Assembly: GCA_963845565.1 (NCBI GenBank)
Contig: CAWJSJ010000001.1
Location: 256,001-320,000 of the forward strand
Reading direction: 5' to 3'
DNA length: 64,000 nt
DNA from: an uncultured Methylomirabilota bacterium
GTDB lineage: Bacteria > Methylomirabilota > Methylomirabilia > Methylomirabilales > 2-02-FULL-66-22
In this document: one piece after another, positions 32,347-43,932 of the stretch
Layout: every line of letters begins with the position of its first letter
How positions within the stretch are numbered: position 1 is the first letter of the stretch
The notes under the pieces: generated by a model
Told to the model about the DNA's origin: nothing
Databases searched by the model: none
Seen by the model: only the letters and a program-made list of their open reading frames with translations
Position numbers and translations under genes: made by a program

Positions 32347-34479
32347 ATGACCCGTGCAAAGGGCCGCCCTCCTGGCACAAGGGCGCCAGACGCTCCACGG
32401 ACCCCTCCCAAGCCTCCGCGCCCGACCCCGCCGCCCGAGGCCCCCGCGCTGCGCGGCCGCGCGGAAGCACGCCTGCGCGCCACGGCGACGCGTCCCCCCG
32501 CGCCCCGCACCGCCGCCGACACCCAGCGGCTCCTCCACGAGCTCCAGGTTCACCAGGTGGAGCTGGAGCTGCAGAACGAGGAACTCCGCCAGGCGCGCGA
32601 GGCCGGCGAGGCGGCGCTGGCCCGGTACACCGCGCTCTACGACGAGGCCCCGGTAGCGTATCTGACGCTCGACCGGGCCGGGGGCATCCGCGGCCTGAAC
32701 TTCACCGGCGCCACCCTCCTGGGGGAAGCGCGCGCCGCGGTGGTGGGGACCCCCTTCCAGCGATTCCTCCCGGCGGACGCCCACCCCGTCGTCGAGGCCG
32801 TCCTCAAGGCCGCGGGCCCCGACCCGGACCCGCAGGCCGGCTGCGAGGTGCCTCTGCGGCCGACCGCGGGCCCCCCGCGGTTCGTGCGCCTCCAGGCCAC
32901 CGCGGAGGCAGCCGGCGCCGAGTGCCGCGTCGTGCTCATCGACCTCACGGACAGCCGGCGCCTCCAATTCGAGGCCCTCCTCGCCGACCTCTCCGCCCGG
33001 TTCGTCCACGTGCCGGCCGACCAGGTGGACCGGCTGATCGAGGAGGCCCAGCGGCGGATCTGCGAGACGCTGGGCCTGGACCGCAGTACGCTCCTGCAGC
33101 GGGCGGACACGGACGACGACCTGGCCATCACGCACGCCTGGGCCGTGCCGGCATTCGCCCCGCAGCCCGGGCTCTTTGCGAAACGCGACTTCCCATGGGT
33201 GCACCAGACCCTCCTCCAGGGCGGGCTCGTGCGTTTTGCCACGCTGGCGGAGCTGCCCGCCGCGGCCGCCCGCGACCAGGCCGCGTTCCAGACCCTGGGC
33301 CAGAAGTCCGGGGTGGTCTTTCCGCTGACGGCCACCGGCCGGGTCGTCGGCGCGCTCTCCTTCGGGGCCCTGACGGCCGAGCGCGAGTGGCCGGACGTCC
33401 TGGTGCAGCGCCTCCAGCTCCTGGCGGACATCTTCGCGAATGCGCTGGCGCGCCAGCAGGCCGAACGGGCCCTCCAACGCGCCCTGGCCGACGTCACGCG
33501 CCTGAAACAGCAGCTCGAAGCCGAGAACGCGTATCTGCGCGAGGCGGCCCAGGCGCAGCCCAGCGACATCGTGGGCAATTCGCCGGCGCTGAAGCGGGTG
33601 TTGTCCCAGGTGGACCACGTCGCGCCGACCGAAGCCTCCGTGCTGCTCTTGGGCGAGACGGGGACCGGCAAGGAGTTGCTCGCCCACCTCCTCCATCGCC
33701 GCAGCCGGCGCCAGGCCCGGACGATGGTGACGCTCAACTGCGCGGCGCTCCCCCCGACCTTGATCGAGGCGGAGCTGTTCGGGCGCGAGAAGGGCGCCTA
33801 CACCGGGGCCCTGACCCGCCAGGCCGGCCGGTTCGAGCTGGCGGACGGCTCGACCATCTTCCTCGACGAGATCGCCGAGCTGCCGCTGGAGCTGCAGGTC
33901 AAGCTGCTGCGGGTCCTGGAGGACGGGCAACTGGAGCGGCTCGGCAGCACCAAGACCCTCACGGTGGATGTCCGCGTGATCGCCGCGACCAACCGCGACC
34001 TGGCCGCCCTGGTCGCCCGCGGCACCTTCCGCGAGGACCTCTACTACCGCCTGAATGTCTTCCCGATCGCCGTGCCGCCGCTGCGGGAGCGCGGCGAGGA
34101 TATCCCGCTGCTGGTCTGGACCTTCGCCAAACAGTTCGGCCAGGCGCTCGGGAAGCCGATCGAGCGCATCCCGCAGGAGACCATGGACGCGCTCCGGGCC
34201 TACCCCTGGCCGGGCAACATCCGGGAGCTGCGGAACGTGATCGAGCGCGCCGTGATCCTCACCGACAGCTCCACCCTCCGGGTGGCGGTGGGGACGGCCC
34301 CCGCGGGCCGCGCGGCCGCGCCGACGCTCGCCGCCACCGAGCGCGCGCAGATCGTGGCCGCCCTGGAGCAGACCGGCTGGCGCATCCGCGGCCCGGGCGG
34401 CGCCGCCGCGCTGCTCGGCCTCAACCCCACCACCCTCGAATCCCGCCTCAAGAAGCTCGGCCTCTCGCGTCCCCGCTGA
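32347..34479 (+). CDS. sigma54-dependent enhancer-binding protein (PAS-GAF-AAA+-HTH, FhlA-like)
   Basis: [66 protein letters not shown]. Confidence 0.95.
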   Translation: MTRAKGRPPGTRAPDAPRTPPKPPRPTPPPEAPALRGRAEARLRATATRPPAPRTAADTQRLLHELQVHQVELELQNEELRQAREAGEAALARYTALYDEAPVAYLTLDRAGGIRGLNFTGATLLGEARAAVVGTPFQRFLPADAHPVVEAVLKAAGPDPDPQAGCEVPLRPTAGPPRFVRLQATAEAAGAECRVVLIDLTDSRRLQFEALLADLSARFVHVPADQVDRLIEEAQRRICETLGLDRSTLLQRADTDDDLAITHAWAVPAFAPQPGLFAKRDFPWVHQTLLQGGLVRFATLAELPAAAARDQAAFQTLGQKSGVVFPLTATGRVVGALSFGALTAEREWPDVLVQRLQLLADIFANALARQQAERALQRALADVTRLKQQLEAENAYLREAAQAQPSDIVGNSPALKRVLSQVDHVAPTEASVLLLGETGTGKELLAHLLHRRSRRQARTMVTLNCAALPPTLIEAELFGREKGAYTGALTRQAGRFELADGSTIFLDEIAELPLELQVKLLRVLEDGQLERLGSTKTLTVDVRVIAATNRDLAALVARGTFREDLYYRLNVFPIAVPPLRERGEDIPLLVWTFAKQFGQALGKPIERIPQETMDALRAYPWPGNIRELRNVIERAVILTDSSTLRVAVGTAPAGRAAAPTLAATERAQIVAALEQTGWRIRGPGGAAALLGLNPTTLESRLKKLGLSRPR
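32430..32959 (+). repeat. 530-bp direct repeat, copy 2 (EBP input module)
   Basis: Near-identical to 27291-27820. Confidence 0.92.
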
Positions 34480-34492
34480 GCGGTCCCGCCCC

Positions 34493-34643
34493 TCCGACCG
34501 ATCGGAGCCCGCTCCGAGATCTCGTGCGGGTTTCGGCGGGGCGTCGCTCGCCGGTTGTTTTCCGCATCTCCTTCAACCCCTTGTTTCGACACGGCGCAGG
34601 CCGCGTCGCGGCCCAGGCCGGGCGCGCTGGATCAGGTTTTGCG
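34493..34643 (+). promoter_or_regulatory. sigma54 module 7, immediately after the EBP stop codon
   Basis: TCCGACCGATCGGA-GCCCGC-TCCGAGATCTCGTG 34493-34526; IHF-like CAACCCCTTGTTT 34574; TGGATCAGGTTTTGCG 34628-34643. Confidence 0.8.
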
Positions 34644-35053
34644 GACAAAGAGGCGGGCAGGCAATTCTACCTGATCCAAGGACATTCCCCCCAAGGGATC
34701 CACGGCGACAGTCCGAGGCAAGCCCACAGGACAACGGCGGGCCGGCCCGCGCCCGGCGATTTCGGTCACAGCCGCTGACGCCACGGGTGGCGGAGGCGCG
34801 AAGGAGAGACGAGATGGGGGACGGAGCGATGGTGGGACGGCGAGTGCTCATTGTTGTGGATGCGATTCTGGCGAAACCGCGTCGACTGGCCGACCTGGAG
34901 GCGGTAATTGGCGGGTTGGCGCGGAGCCGTGCCGTGCGTCGTCCGTCCGGTGTCGCTGGGCGGCGAGACGACGATCCGGGGGCGATCGGCTAGGTCCCGT
35001 TCTGGTCTTTCGCTCAAGCAGGCCTCCGGTGCCTCCGCTGCGCCCCAGCCACC

Positions 35054-35203
35054 TCCGACCCCTCGGAGCCGCTCCGAGATCTCGGGCGGTTTCCGCCCAC
35101 GCCGCCGCGGAGCTTTCCCGGCAGCCGCTCCGCTAACCCTCCGGTTCGTCAACGCAAAAACCGCGTCAGGCCCCGCGACCGGTGGGATGGATCTGTTGTT
35201 GCA
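35054..35203 (+). promoter_or_regulatory. sigma54 module 8 upstream of micropeptide and BON-LTXXQ gene
   Basis: TCCGACCCCTCGGA-GCCGC-TCCGAGATCTCGGG 35054-35086; TGGATCTGTTGTTGCA 35188-35203. Confidence 0.85.
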
Positions 35204-35359
35204 TATCCAGGTGAACGAGAGGTGCACAGGATAAAGGGATACGGGCGGAGCGGGCGTGGGGAAGCGACACGCGCCCGGCTTTGGGTGCCCGGCCCGGCTG
35301 GAGGCCCTGGGGAGCACCACTCGGCGGATGGCGTCGCGCCATCGGGGAGGAAGGGCAAC

Positions 35360-35434
35360 ATGTATTCGATCGTCTACATCGTGGGCGCGGTCGTCATCCT
35401 GGGGGTGGTACTGCGATGGGCCGGGCTTTACTAG
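35360..35434 (+). CDS. 24-aa micropeptide MYSIVYIVGAVVILGVVLRWAGLY
   Basis: GGAGG RBS; paralog of 5532-5606. Confidence 0.75.
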   Translation: MYSIVYIVGAVVILGVVLRWAGLY

Positions 35435-35560
35435 GCCGGGCCACCGCACCACAGGCGCGTCTGCCCTGAACGTACCAGCACGACGGAACGCAACCGGCCG
35501 AGGCGCCCCGCAGCCGTCCAGGCGCGGGGGCCTCGGCCCAGACTGACAGGAGGAGAGACC

Positions 35561-36599
35561 ATGCAACGCAGAACGACCATTGCCGTCCTACTCGTGGGGT
35601 TGGGGGTGGCGCTGAGCCTCGGGCTGTTCGCGACCCCCGGATTCGCCGTCCAGGAGCACGGCAAGACGGCCGGCACGACCGCCACCGGGGAGATCACGGA
35701 CTCCTGGCTTACCCTCAAGACCAAGCTGGCCTTGCTGGCCGACGAACGGATCAGCAGCACCGAGGTGAGCGTGAAGACCGTGAAGGGCGTGATCACGCTG
35801 CACGGAAAGGTGGCCAGCGCGGAGGAACAGAAGGCCGCGGAGGAAGTGGCCCTCACGATCGAGGGACAGAAGCAGGTGGTCAACCAGTTGACGGTGGTGC
35901 CGCAGGCGGAACGAAAGGCCGTGGATCGCCAGGACGACCAGATCGTCACAGAGGTCGCAGCAGGGGCTCAAGAAGGATGCGGCCCTGAAGAAGACGGACA
36001 TTGCGGTGCGCGCCGAAAAGGGCATCGTCACCCTGACGGGGAAGGCGCCGTCCCTCGCGACGAGCGTCCGCGCGTCTGAGGTGGCCCGCCGGGTCGCCGG
36101 TGTGCGCGCCGTGCGGAACGAGCTGGCCCTCCCGGCCCGCGCGGCCGCCCCCACGGCCGGGGCCCGCCCCGCGCCGGGGATGCACACCCCGCGGGCCGCG
36201 ACGACCACCTCGCGCGTCGACCGCGTCGAGGACCGCATCACCATGCTGCATAGCACCCTCAACATCACGCCGGCCCAGGAAGCGCTCTGGACGAATGTCA
36301 CCCAGGTGATGCGGGACAATGCGAAAACCATGGATGCGCTCACCACGGCCCGGGTCGACCAGGCCAAGACCATGAACGCCGTGGAGGATCTCAAGTCCTA
36401 TACCGAGATCACCAAGGCCCATACCGAGGGCCTCACGAAATTCCTCCCCGCCTTCGAGGCGCTCTATGCCAGCATGTCGGACGCGCAGAAGGCCGAGGCG
36501 AATACCATGTTCCGCGGGCACCAGCGCCGCCCCACGGCGGCGAAGGCGCCGATGCCCAAGAGCCCCGCGATGGCGACGAACGCCGCGTCCGTGAAATAG
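35561..36599 (+). CDS. BON-BON-LTXXQ (Spy/CpxP-like) fusion protein (frameshift near 35960)
   Basis: Two BON domains paralogous to 5890 and 13426, then in frame L..TLNITPAQEALW...LYASMSDAQKAEA. Confidence 0.78.
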
Positions 36600-36647
36600 G
36601 GCACCCGCCCACGCGCGCACGATGCGCGCCCAGAACGGAGGGTCAGC

Positions 36648-36989
36648 ATGAGAGCATCGACAGGACAGGTCACACGCCCGCGCGTCCGGACGCTCGGGCT
36701 GGCGCTCGCCGTCGCGGCGGTGCTGGTCGGGGGCGCCCTGGCGCCGGCGTTCAGCGCCGATTACAAGCAGCGCACTCGGCAACAGGAGCGCGACTGGCGG
36801 GCGCATCAAAGCTACCAGTGGACGCATCACCCCGCCCAGCGGGCGCATCCACGGTACCAGCGCGCGTATCCCGCCTATCGGTACTACGCGCCGCCCCCGG
36901 TGATGTACGCGCCGCCGCCGGTCGTCTACGCCCCGCTGCCGTCGCCGGGCATCAGCCTCTTCTTCGGCTTCCCCCTCGGGCATCGCTAG
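36648..36989 (+). CDS. Secreted Pro/Tyr-rich hypothetical protein
   Basis: Signal peptide ending APAFS; YAPPPV repeats. Confidence 0.65.
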   Translation: MRASTGQVTRPRVRTLGLALAVAAVLVGGALAPAFSADYKQRTRQQERDWRAHQSYQWTHHPAQRAHPRYQRAYPAYRYYAPPPVMYAPPPVVYAPLPSPGISLFFGFPLGHR

Positions 36990-37106
36990 GAGGCGCAGCG
37001 ACGGGCAACGGTTCGGTGCTCACGACCGCGCTCCTCGGAGCGGTCGTGAGCACTGCCGATCGACAGGAGAGGATGCGGCGATGGAGTACCAGAAAGGGGT
37101 AACGCC

Positions 37107-37703
37107 ATGAAAATGACACTGGGGGTCACCGCAGCGGTGCTGCTTGGGATGGGGTGCCTGGCGGGGCCCGCACAAGCCTTCCTCGTGGAAGGCGGCCGGT
37201 GCCCGAGTTGTGCCGGGTCGGTCTACGAACTGCCGCTCACCCCCTTTGGCGGGGCGGCGTTTCACGCATTGCTGTCGAGTGAGAAATATGGCTTCAGCAG
37301 CCCGAGTGCGTTTCTCCACCTCGGCGCCGGGTCCGTGATGGACACGACGGCCCTCGGGTCTGCCGAGCCTACGGACACCCTCGGTGGTCCCGGGAGCACG
37401 GGTGCAGCCGGTTCGAGCACTGCCCGGTGCGCCACGGGCGGGGGGAGCGGAGTGGGGTGCAACCCCGCCGACTTTCCCGGGGTCGTGCCGACGGGTCTCG
37501 ACCCGGCCCACCGCGGGTCCCCCTGGGCGGGCACGGAGTTCCCGCGGCCGGGCGGGCCGCGCCACCCCGGTCTGATCCCCGTCCATCCGGGCAGGGACAC
37601 GCCGGGCGCGGCCCCGGTCCCCGAACCCGCCACCCTGTTGCTTCTCGGGTCCGGTCTCGTGGGCCTGGGTGGCGTCGTATGGCGGCGGCACCGTCGCGCC
37701 TAG
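37107..37703 (+). CDS. PEP-CTERM sorting-domain protein
   Basis: Signal peptide ending AQA; C-terminal VPEPATLLLLGSGLVGLGGVVWRRHRR. Confidence 0.88.
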   Translation: MKMTLGVTAAVLLGMGCLAGPAQAFLVEGGRCPSCAGSVYELPLTPFGGAAFHALLSSEKYGFSSPSAFLHLGAGSVMDTTALGSAEPTDTLGGPGSTGAAGSSTARCATGGGSGVGCNPADFPGVVPTGLDPAHRGSPWAGTEFPRPGGPRHPGLIPVHPGRDTPGAAPVPEPATLLLLGSGLVGLGGVVWRRHRRA

Positions 37704-37822
37704 CGGCGTTTAGCATAGTAGGACTCGCCGAGCTCCGGGGGTCACCTCGGGGCTCGGCGTGTTCGTGGGCGGTCGCCGCGCACGTGCCCTCGACTCCTCA
37801 CCGTCTCTTTCCCAGCATCTTT

Positions 37823-38944
37823 TCAGGCCATCGACCCGATGGTCCGGCGGAAACGCGCCAGCGCGATGGCGAAGAAGGCGGCGCCGATCAGGGCGATGGC
37901 GATGAATTGCGGCCACACCACCGCGAGACCGGCGCCGCGGAAGAGAATCCCCTGGGCGAGGATGACGAAATGGGTCGTCGGCGCCGCCAGCATCACCAGT
38001 TGGACAAATACGGGCATGCTCTCCCGTGGCGTTGAGCCGCCCGAGAGCATCTGCAGCGGCAACAGCACCAGCATCAGGAGCAGGCCGAACTGAGGCATCG
38101 AGCGCGCGATCGTTCCCATGAAGATCCCCATCGAGGTCGTGGCGAACAGATGCACCGCCGCTCCAGCCAGGAACAGCGCGAGCGCGCCTTCGATCCGCAC
38201 CCCGAGCAGTCCCTGCACGACACCGACCAGCGAACAGGCGCAGGCGCCGAGCACCACCAGCCCCATCGCCCACACTTTGCTCGTCATGATCTCCAAGGGG
38301 GTCACCGGCATCACCAGCAGATGCTCGACGGTGCCGTGCTCGCGCTCCCGGATCAGCGCGGCGCCGGTGAGCACGATCGACAGCATGGTGACCTCGTTGA
38401 TGACCTGCATCACGGCGCCGAACCAGGATTTGTTCAGCGTCGGGTTGAAGCGAACGCGCACGGCGAGATCAACCGGCGGAGCGGCCGGGGCGCGGTCGCG
38501 CCGCGTGAATGCCGCCACCTCGTCATTGATGATGATCTGGATATAACCGCTGCCGGTGAACGCCTGGCTCATGCGGGTCGCATCGACATTGAGCTGGATG
38601 GTGGGCGTGCGCCCGGCCAGCAGGTCGCGCTGAAACTCCGGGGGAATATCGAGGGCGAAGGTGTCGATCCCGGCGTCCATCCGCGCATCCATCTCGGCCT
38701 GGGTGATCATCGCCGGTGTGAGGAAATGCGGCGGATAGAAGGCGCTTCGGATGCGCGCCGACAGCGGAGACCGATCCTCGTCGACGATGCTGAGGGGGGC
38801 CTTGTTGAGCGTTTCCGGCATCGCCGTGGCTGCGGCGTAGACCGAAAAGGTGAAGGCGTAGACGATCAGCACCAGCATCATCGGATCCCGGGCCAGGCTG
38901 CGCAGCTCCTTGATGCCCAGACGCAGGACGTTGGCGGCACGCAT
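37823..38944 (-). CDS. yhhJ: ABC-2 permease (YhhJ-like)
   Basis: [38 protein letters not shown]. Confidence 0.88.
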   Translation of the reverse strand: MRAANVLRLGIKELRSLARDPMMLVLIVYAFTFSVYAAATAMPETLNKAPLSIVDEDRSPLSARIRSAFYPPHFLTPAMITQAEMDARMDAGIDTFALDIPPEFQRDLLAGRTPTIQLNVDATRMSQAFTGSGYIQIIINDEVAAFTRRDRAPAAPPVDLAVRVRFNPTLNKSWFGAVMQVINEVTMLSIVLTGAALIREREHGTVEHLLVMPVTPLEIMTSKVWAMGLVVLGACACSLVGVVQGLLGVRIEGALALFLAGAAVHLFATTSMGIFMGTIARSMPQFGLLLMLVLLPLQMLSGGSTPRESMPVFVQLVMLAAPTTHFVILAQGILFRGAGLAVVWPQFIAIALIGAAFFAIALARFRRTIGSMA

Positions 38945-38947
38945 GGC

Positions 38948-41733
38948 TCAGGTCTCCTGTTTCTTCAAGAACGCCGCGCACAGGCCGACCAGCACCGGTG
39001 GGGCAATCAGCAGCGGCACGAACGACGCGCTGCAGGTCGCTGAAGGCCAGGGCCTTGGAAAAGACGCCCTGCGAGATGAGGAGAAAATGGGTGGTGGGAT
39101 AGATGCGGCCGATGAGCGCGCCCACCCCTTCCAGCGACGACACCGGGTCGAGCATGCCGGAGAACTGCACGGCAGGAACGATGGTCAGGATCGCGGTGCC
39201 GAAGATGGCGGCGATCTGACTGCGCATGAAGGTGGAGATCAAGAGCCCCAGGGCGGTCGCGCAGGCCACGTACAGCAGTGCCGCCGTGATCAGGGTCGGA
39301 AAGCTCCCTTTCATCGGCACGCCGAACAGGGTGACCGCGAGCGCCGTCAGCAGCAGGAAGTTGAGCATCGCCAGCGCAACATAGGCGAGCTGCTTCCCGA
39401 GCAGGAACTCCAGGCGCGTGACGGGGGTGACATAGAGATTGACAATCGACCCGAGCTCCTTTTCACGCACCACCGAGAGGGCCGTCAGCATCGCCGGGAT
39501 CAGCATCAGCAGCAGCGGGATCACCGCCGGGACCATGGCCACCAGGCTCTTGACGTCCGGGTTGTAGCGGAAGCGCGTCTCGATGGTGACGAGGCCGGCC
39601 GCCCTGGCGTTGGCCGGATGCCCCGGCCAGCCATTGGGCATGCATGCCGCGCGCATACCCCTGCACGGTCTCGGCGCGCTGCGGCATGGCGCCGTCGACC
39701 CAGGCCCCGATCTCCACCGGACGGCCGCGGGCCAGATCGCGCGCGAAGCCGGAGGGGATCTCGATCGCCAAGCTGATCTCACCGGCGCGCATGCGCCGGT
39801 CGAGGTCGTCGTAATCGGCAATCGGCGCGTGTTCGATGAAGTAGCGGGAGCCGGAGAGGGTGAGCGCATATTCGCGGCTGGTCGTGGTCTGATCGCGGTC
39901 CAGCACCGCGAACGACAGGTCCTCCACGTCCATGCTGAGGCCGTACCCCATGATGAACATCAGGATGACCGTGCCCAGCAGCGCCAGGGTGGCGCGGATC
40001 GGATCGCGCCGCAGCTCCAGCGCCTCGCGCCGGGTGTAGCTGAACATGCGTCGGGGATTGAAGACCCCCTGCGAGTCCCGCCGGGGGTGATCGATCGTGG
40101 GCCCCGGCGCGGCGACGGACGGCGCCGGTTCATGGGGTCCGGGCCGCGCGTCCTCGGGCCGGCCCAGGGCGACCGCCTCTTCCAGATAGCCGATGAAGGC
40201 GTCCTCCAGCGTCTGCGCGCGGCGCCGCTCCCGTAACGCGGCCGGCGTGTCGGTGACCAGCACCCGGCCGGCATGCATCAGCGAGATCCGGTCGCAGCGC
40301 TCGGCTTCATTCATGAAGTGGGTGGAGATGAAGATCGTGACCTGGTCGCGGCGCGACAGCTCGATCATGATTCGCCAGAAGGCATCGCGCGCCACCGGAT
40401 CGACGCCCGAGGTCGGCTCGTCAAGAATCAGCATCTCCGGTTGATGGATCATGGCCACCGCCAGGGACAGGCGCTGACGTTGCCCCAGGGGCAATGCGTC
40501 GGGCAGGGCGTCGACGACGTTGGCGAGGTCGAAGCGCGCGACCATTTCGTCGATCCGGTCGGGGATCTTCCCAGCGGGCATCTGAAACAGCCGCGCGTGC
40601 AGATCGAGATTCTGGCGCACGGTCAACTCGGAATAGAGCGAGAATGCCTGCGACATGTACCCGACCCGTCGGCGGGTGTCGAGATCGTGCGGGTTCACGC
40701 CCTGGCCGAACAGCCACGCCTGCCCCTCACTGGCCGGCAGCAGGCCGGTGAGCATCTTCATGGTTGTCGTCTTGCCGCAGCCGTTGGAGCCGAGGAAGCC
40801 GAAGATCTCGCCCCGCGTGATCTGGAAACTCACATGATCGACGGCGACGAACGCACCGAAACGCATCGTCAGATCCCGCGCCTCGATCGCCACCTGCTGG
40901 TCATCTGTGGCGCGGGGTGGAATCTCCACTGCCCGGTAGCCCCGGCGCTTTCCCTCCGGCAGCAGGGCGACGAAGGCAGCCTCCAGCGAGGTGGTGGCGG
41001 TGCGCGCGAGGAGTGCCTGCGGGGTGCCGGCGGCGAGCACGCGGCCGGCGTCCATCGCCACCAGCCAGTCGAAGCGCGCGGCCTCCTCCATGTAGGCGGT
41101 TGCCACCAGCACGCTCATCCCGGACTGCGCGGCGCGGATGCGGGCGATCAGCTCCCAGAACTGACGGCGCGAGAGGGGATCGACGCCGGTGGTGGGTTCG
41201 TCGAGAATCAGCAGGTCCGGGTCGTGGATCAGCGCGCAGCACAGGCCGAGCTTCTGCTTCATGCCCCCGGACAGCTTGCCGGCGGGTCGGTCCGCGAAGG
41301 GGGCCAGACCGGTACTCCCCAGCAGGTCGGCGATCCGGCGCGTGCGCTCGGTGCGGCCGTGGCCAAACAGGCGGCCGAAGAAGTCGAGGTTCTCGAACAC
41401 CGAGAGTGTCGGATACAGGTTTTTGCCCAGGCCCTGCGGCATGTAGGCGATGCGCGGGCAGACGGCCCGGCGATGACGGGCATCGCGCATGTCGCCGCCC
41501 AGCACCTCGACCTGCCCGCTCTTGATCGCACGGGCGCCGGCGATGATGGCCAGGAGGCTGGACTTGCCGACGCCGTCCGGGCCGATCATTCCGACCATGC
41601 GGTCGGCCGGCAGCTCCAGCGTGACGGCATCCAGCGCGCGCGTCTTGCCGTAGCGCAGGCTGACGTCGCGCAATCGGGCCACCGGCATCGCGTCGGTCGC
41701 AGCCGGTGGGGCGGCGGGGGTGCCGCCGGTCAT
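38948..41733 (-). CDS. rbbA: Ribosome-associated ATPase/ABC transporter RbbA (frameshifts near 39600 and 39030)
   Basis: Two ABC ATPase domains ([16 protein letters not shown]) fused to an ABC-2 permease; yhiI-rbbA-yhhJ gene order. Confidence 0.9.
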
Positions 41734-42803
41734 TGCGGAAGCTTCACGTGCAGCTCGGCAGGCCACGCCGCGCGGGAGTCGAGCCGGACATGTGCCATGC
41801 CGGGTAACCCGGTCTTGACCTTGGTGATGTTCTGCTTGAGGAGCTCGGGAGCGATCTGCGCCTTGACCCGGAACATCAGCTTCTCCCGCTCGCTGGCAGT
41901 CTCGACGGTCTTGGGGGTGAACTGGGCGACGTCGGCAACGAAGGAGACCTGCGCCGGGATGACGTACTGCGGCGCAGCATCGAGCACCAGCCGCGCCTCC
42001 GAACCGATGGCGACTCGACCCGCCGCAGCCGTGGGCAGGAAAAAGGTCATGTACACATCGCTCAGGTCGAGCAGGCTCAGCACCCTGCCGCCGGGCGCGA
42101 GCACCTCGCCGCGCTGGGCGACGCGATACTGCACGCGCCCATCGCGCGGCGCTTTGAGCACGCTGTCGTCGAGGTCCGCCTGGATGCGCTGGATGGTTGC
42201 CCGCGCCGCCTCGACGTCCGACTGCACCCCGATCGCCTGCGACCTGGCCGTGGCGATGGCCGCGTCCATTGCCGCGACCTGAGACTCCGCCGCAAGCAGG
42301 CCCGCCTCTGTGCCGAGGAAACCGGTGCGATCGTCGTCGAGCTGCTGCCTGGAAATCGCATTATCGGCGAACAGCGACTCTGCACGCGCCCGACGCCCTC
42401 TCGCCGCATCCACTTCCGACTTGCGCTGGATCACCACGGCCCGCGCGGCCGCCTTCTCGCTCTGTCGCTGGACCACCTGGCTGTGGGTGGTCTCGATGGC
42501 GTTTTCCGCCTGGCGCAACCGGGCCTGTGCCTCTCGCTGCTGGGCCTGCAATACGGCGGTGTCCATCTCCGCCAGCGGTTGCCCGGCGGTGACGAGATCG
42601 CCTTCGCTCACCAGAATGTCCTTGACCCGTCCCGCGGTCTTGGCGGCGATGTCGATCTCCACGGCTTCGATGCGGCCGTTGCCGGAGGCAAAGCCGCCGG
42701 GAAGCCCTTTGGGCCTCAAGGAGTGCCAGGCAAAGACGGCGGCTCCGATGCCAACCACCGCAATCAGGATCGCCGACAGCCAGTGCTTTCGTAATGTCAA
42801 CAT
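41730..42803 (-). CDS. yhiI: HlyD-family membrane fusion protein (YhiI-like)
   Basis: [29 protein letters not shown]. Confidence 0.9.
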   Translation of the reverse strand: MLTLRKHWLSAILIAVVGIGAAVFAWHSLRPKGLPGGFASGNGRIEAVEIDIAAKTAGRVKDILVSEGDLVTAGQPLAEMDTAVLQAQQREAQARLRQAENAIETTHSQVVQRQSEKAAARAVVIQRKSEVDAARGRRARAESLFADNAISRQQLDDDRTGFLGTEAGLLAAESQVAAMDAAIATARSQAIGVQSDVEAARATIQRIQADLDDSVLKAPRDGRVQYRVAQRGEVLAPGGRVLSLLDLSDVYMTFFLPTAAAGRVAIGSEARLVLDAAPQYVIPAQVSFVADVAQFTPKTVETASEREKLMFRVKAQIAPELLKQNITKVKTGLPGMAHVRLDSRAAWPAELHVKLPQ

Positions 42804-42994
42804 TGCGACGTGCACGCTTGTACCCTCGCGGTGGCTGCGGTGTGCTTGGAGTCGAACCCCACGTCGGCCGGGACCTTCTGCGTCACGATCTTGATGACGG
42901 TACGCCATCCCGGCATGGCCCGCGTTCCGCTCCGCCATCACGGCGGTGCACGCATTCTCACGCCGTGATCGCTCGGTTCACCGGGGCACACGTC

Positions 42995-43288
42995 TCAGCG
43001 TCGAAGTGCTCCCACCGGGGAGACGCCTGCGGCGTCGCGATCTTTGCTGGGCTCATAGTCGGGTTTATGGCGTCGTTCTTGTGCTTGGAATTGGAGCAGG
43101 ATAGGCCCCCGTGGCTCCGTCCCCAGGCCCACCCGTCCTGCCGACCGTGCCCGATCCCACACCCGCTCGATCAGGAGGGCCAATCCCACGACGATCAGAC
43201 CCCAGAGCAACGTGATGACGAACCACTCGCCGATCCCCAACCCATAGCCGAAACCTCCCCACTCCATCGTTCCGCTTCCCGGCCGCAT
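42995..43288 (-). CDS. Small membrane protein, first gene downstream of sigma54 module 9
   Basis: GGAGGT RBS; WGGFGYGLG followed by a TM helix. Confidence 0.5.
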   Translation of the reverse strand: MRPGSGTMEWGGFGYGLGIGEWFVITLLWGLIVVGLALLIERVWDRARSAGRVGLGTEPRGPILLQFQAQERRHKPDYEPSKDRDAAGVSPVGALRR

Positions 43289-43380
43289 CGTGTGGACCTC
43301 CTTCCCATCAACGCGGTCGACATCCGCTACACACCGGCCCACGCCCTACCGCCCGGCATACTCCGTTCCCGCACACAATG

Positions 43381-43530
43381 TGCAAGGCCGGATCCAGCCA
43401 ACGCGGCGACCGGCACGCTGCGAGAACCGCCCATTGGAATCAAGCAGTTATGGGCGCTGAGGCCGAAGAGGCTCGGGCGCGAAACCTGCGGGAACGCTCC
43501 GAGATTTCGGAGACGCTCCGACCGATCGGA
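43381..43530 (-). promoter_or_regulatory. sigma54 module 9 (minus strand) facing yhiI-rbbA-yhhJ
   Basis: Minus strand TCCGATCGGTCGGA-GCGTC-TCCGAAATCTCGGA; perfect IHF consensus AATCAAGCAGTTA 43438-43450; TGGATCCGGCCTTGCA 43396-43381. Confidence 0.88.
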
Positions 43531-43655
43531 GGGGGAGAAACAGGGGGGCGCGGCGCGCGTGGTGTGCGGCGGGCCGCGAGAAAAGCGGATGTGAGGCAGA
43601 GCACGTCGGCGACGCTGCGCGTTCCATTTCCCGCCTCTCGCCGGTTATTCGGTCC

Positions 43656-43805
43656 TCCATGTATCTCCGAACGTCCTCCGAGATGTCGGAGGTGTCCGGC
43701 CGGTTCCGCCGCGGAACCGCCGGGCCGTGTGCGACCCAAGTCTCTGATTCGAGGGGTGCCGAGTTCGTCTGGGAAGCGGAAGAGCGTGGTGGCCTTGCGC
43801 TTGCA
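43656..43805 (+). promoter_or_regulatory. sigma54 module 10 upstream of the DksA/TraR gene
   Basis: TCCGAGATGTCGGA 43677-43690 (first palindrome degenerate); CAAGTCTCTGATT 43737; TGGCCTTGCGCTTGCA 43790-43805. Confidence 0.75.
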
Positions 43806-43932
43806 CCAGTTCACAAGGGAACGGGCAGGGACCTCGGCGCGCATTCAGGTCGGGAACCGAGGCCCCGCGTGCCCATGGCCAGGGGCTTTCCCCTTCCGGG
43901 CTCACCCGACGACCAAGGATCAGGAGACAACC

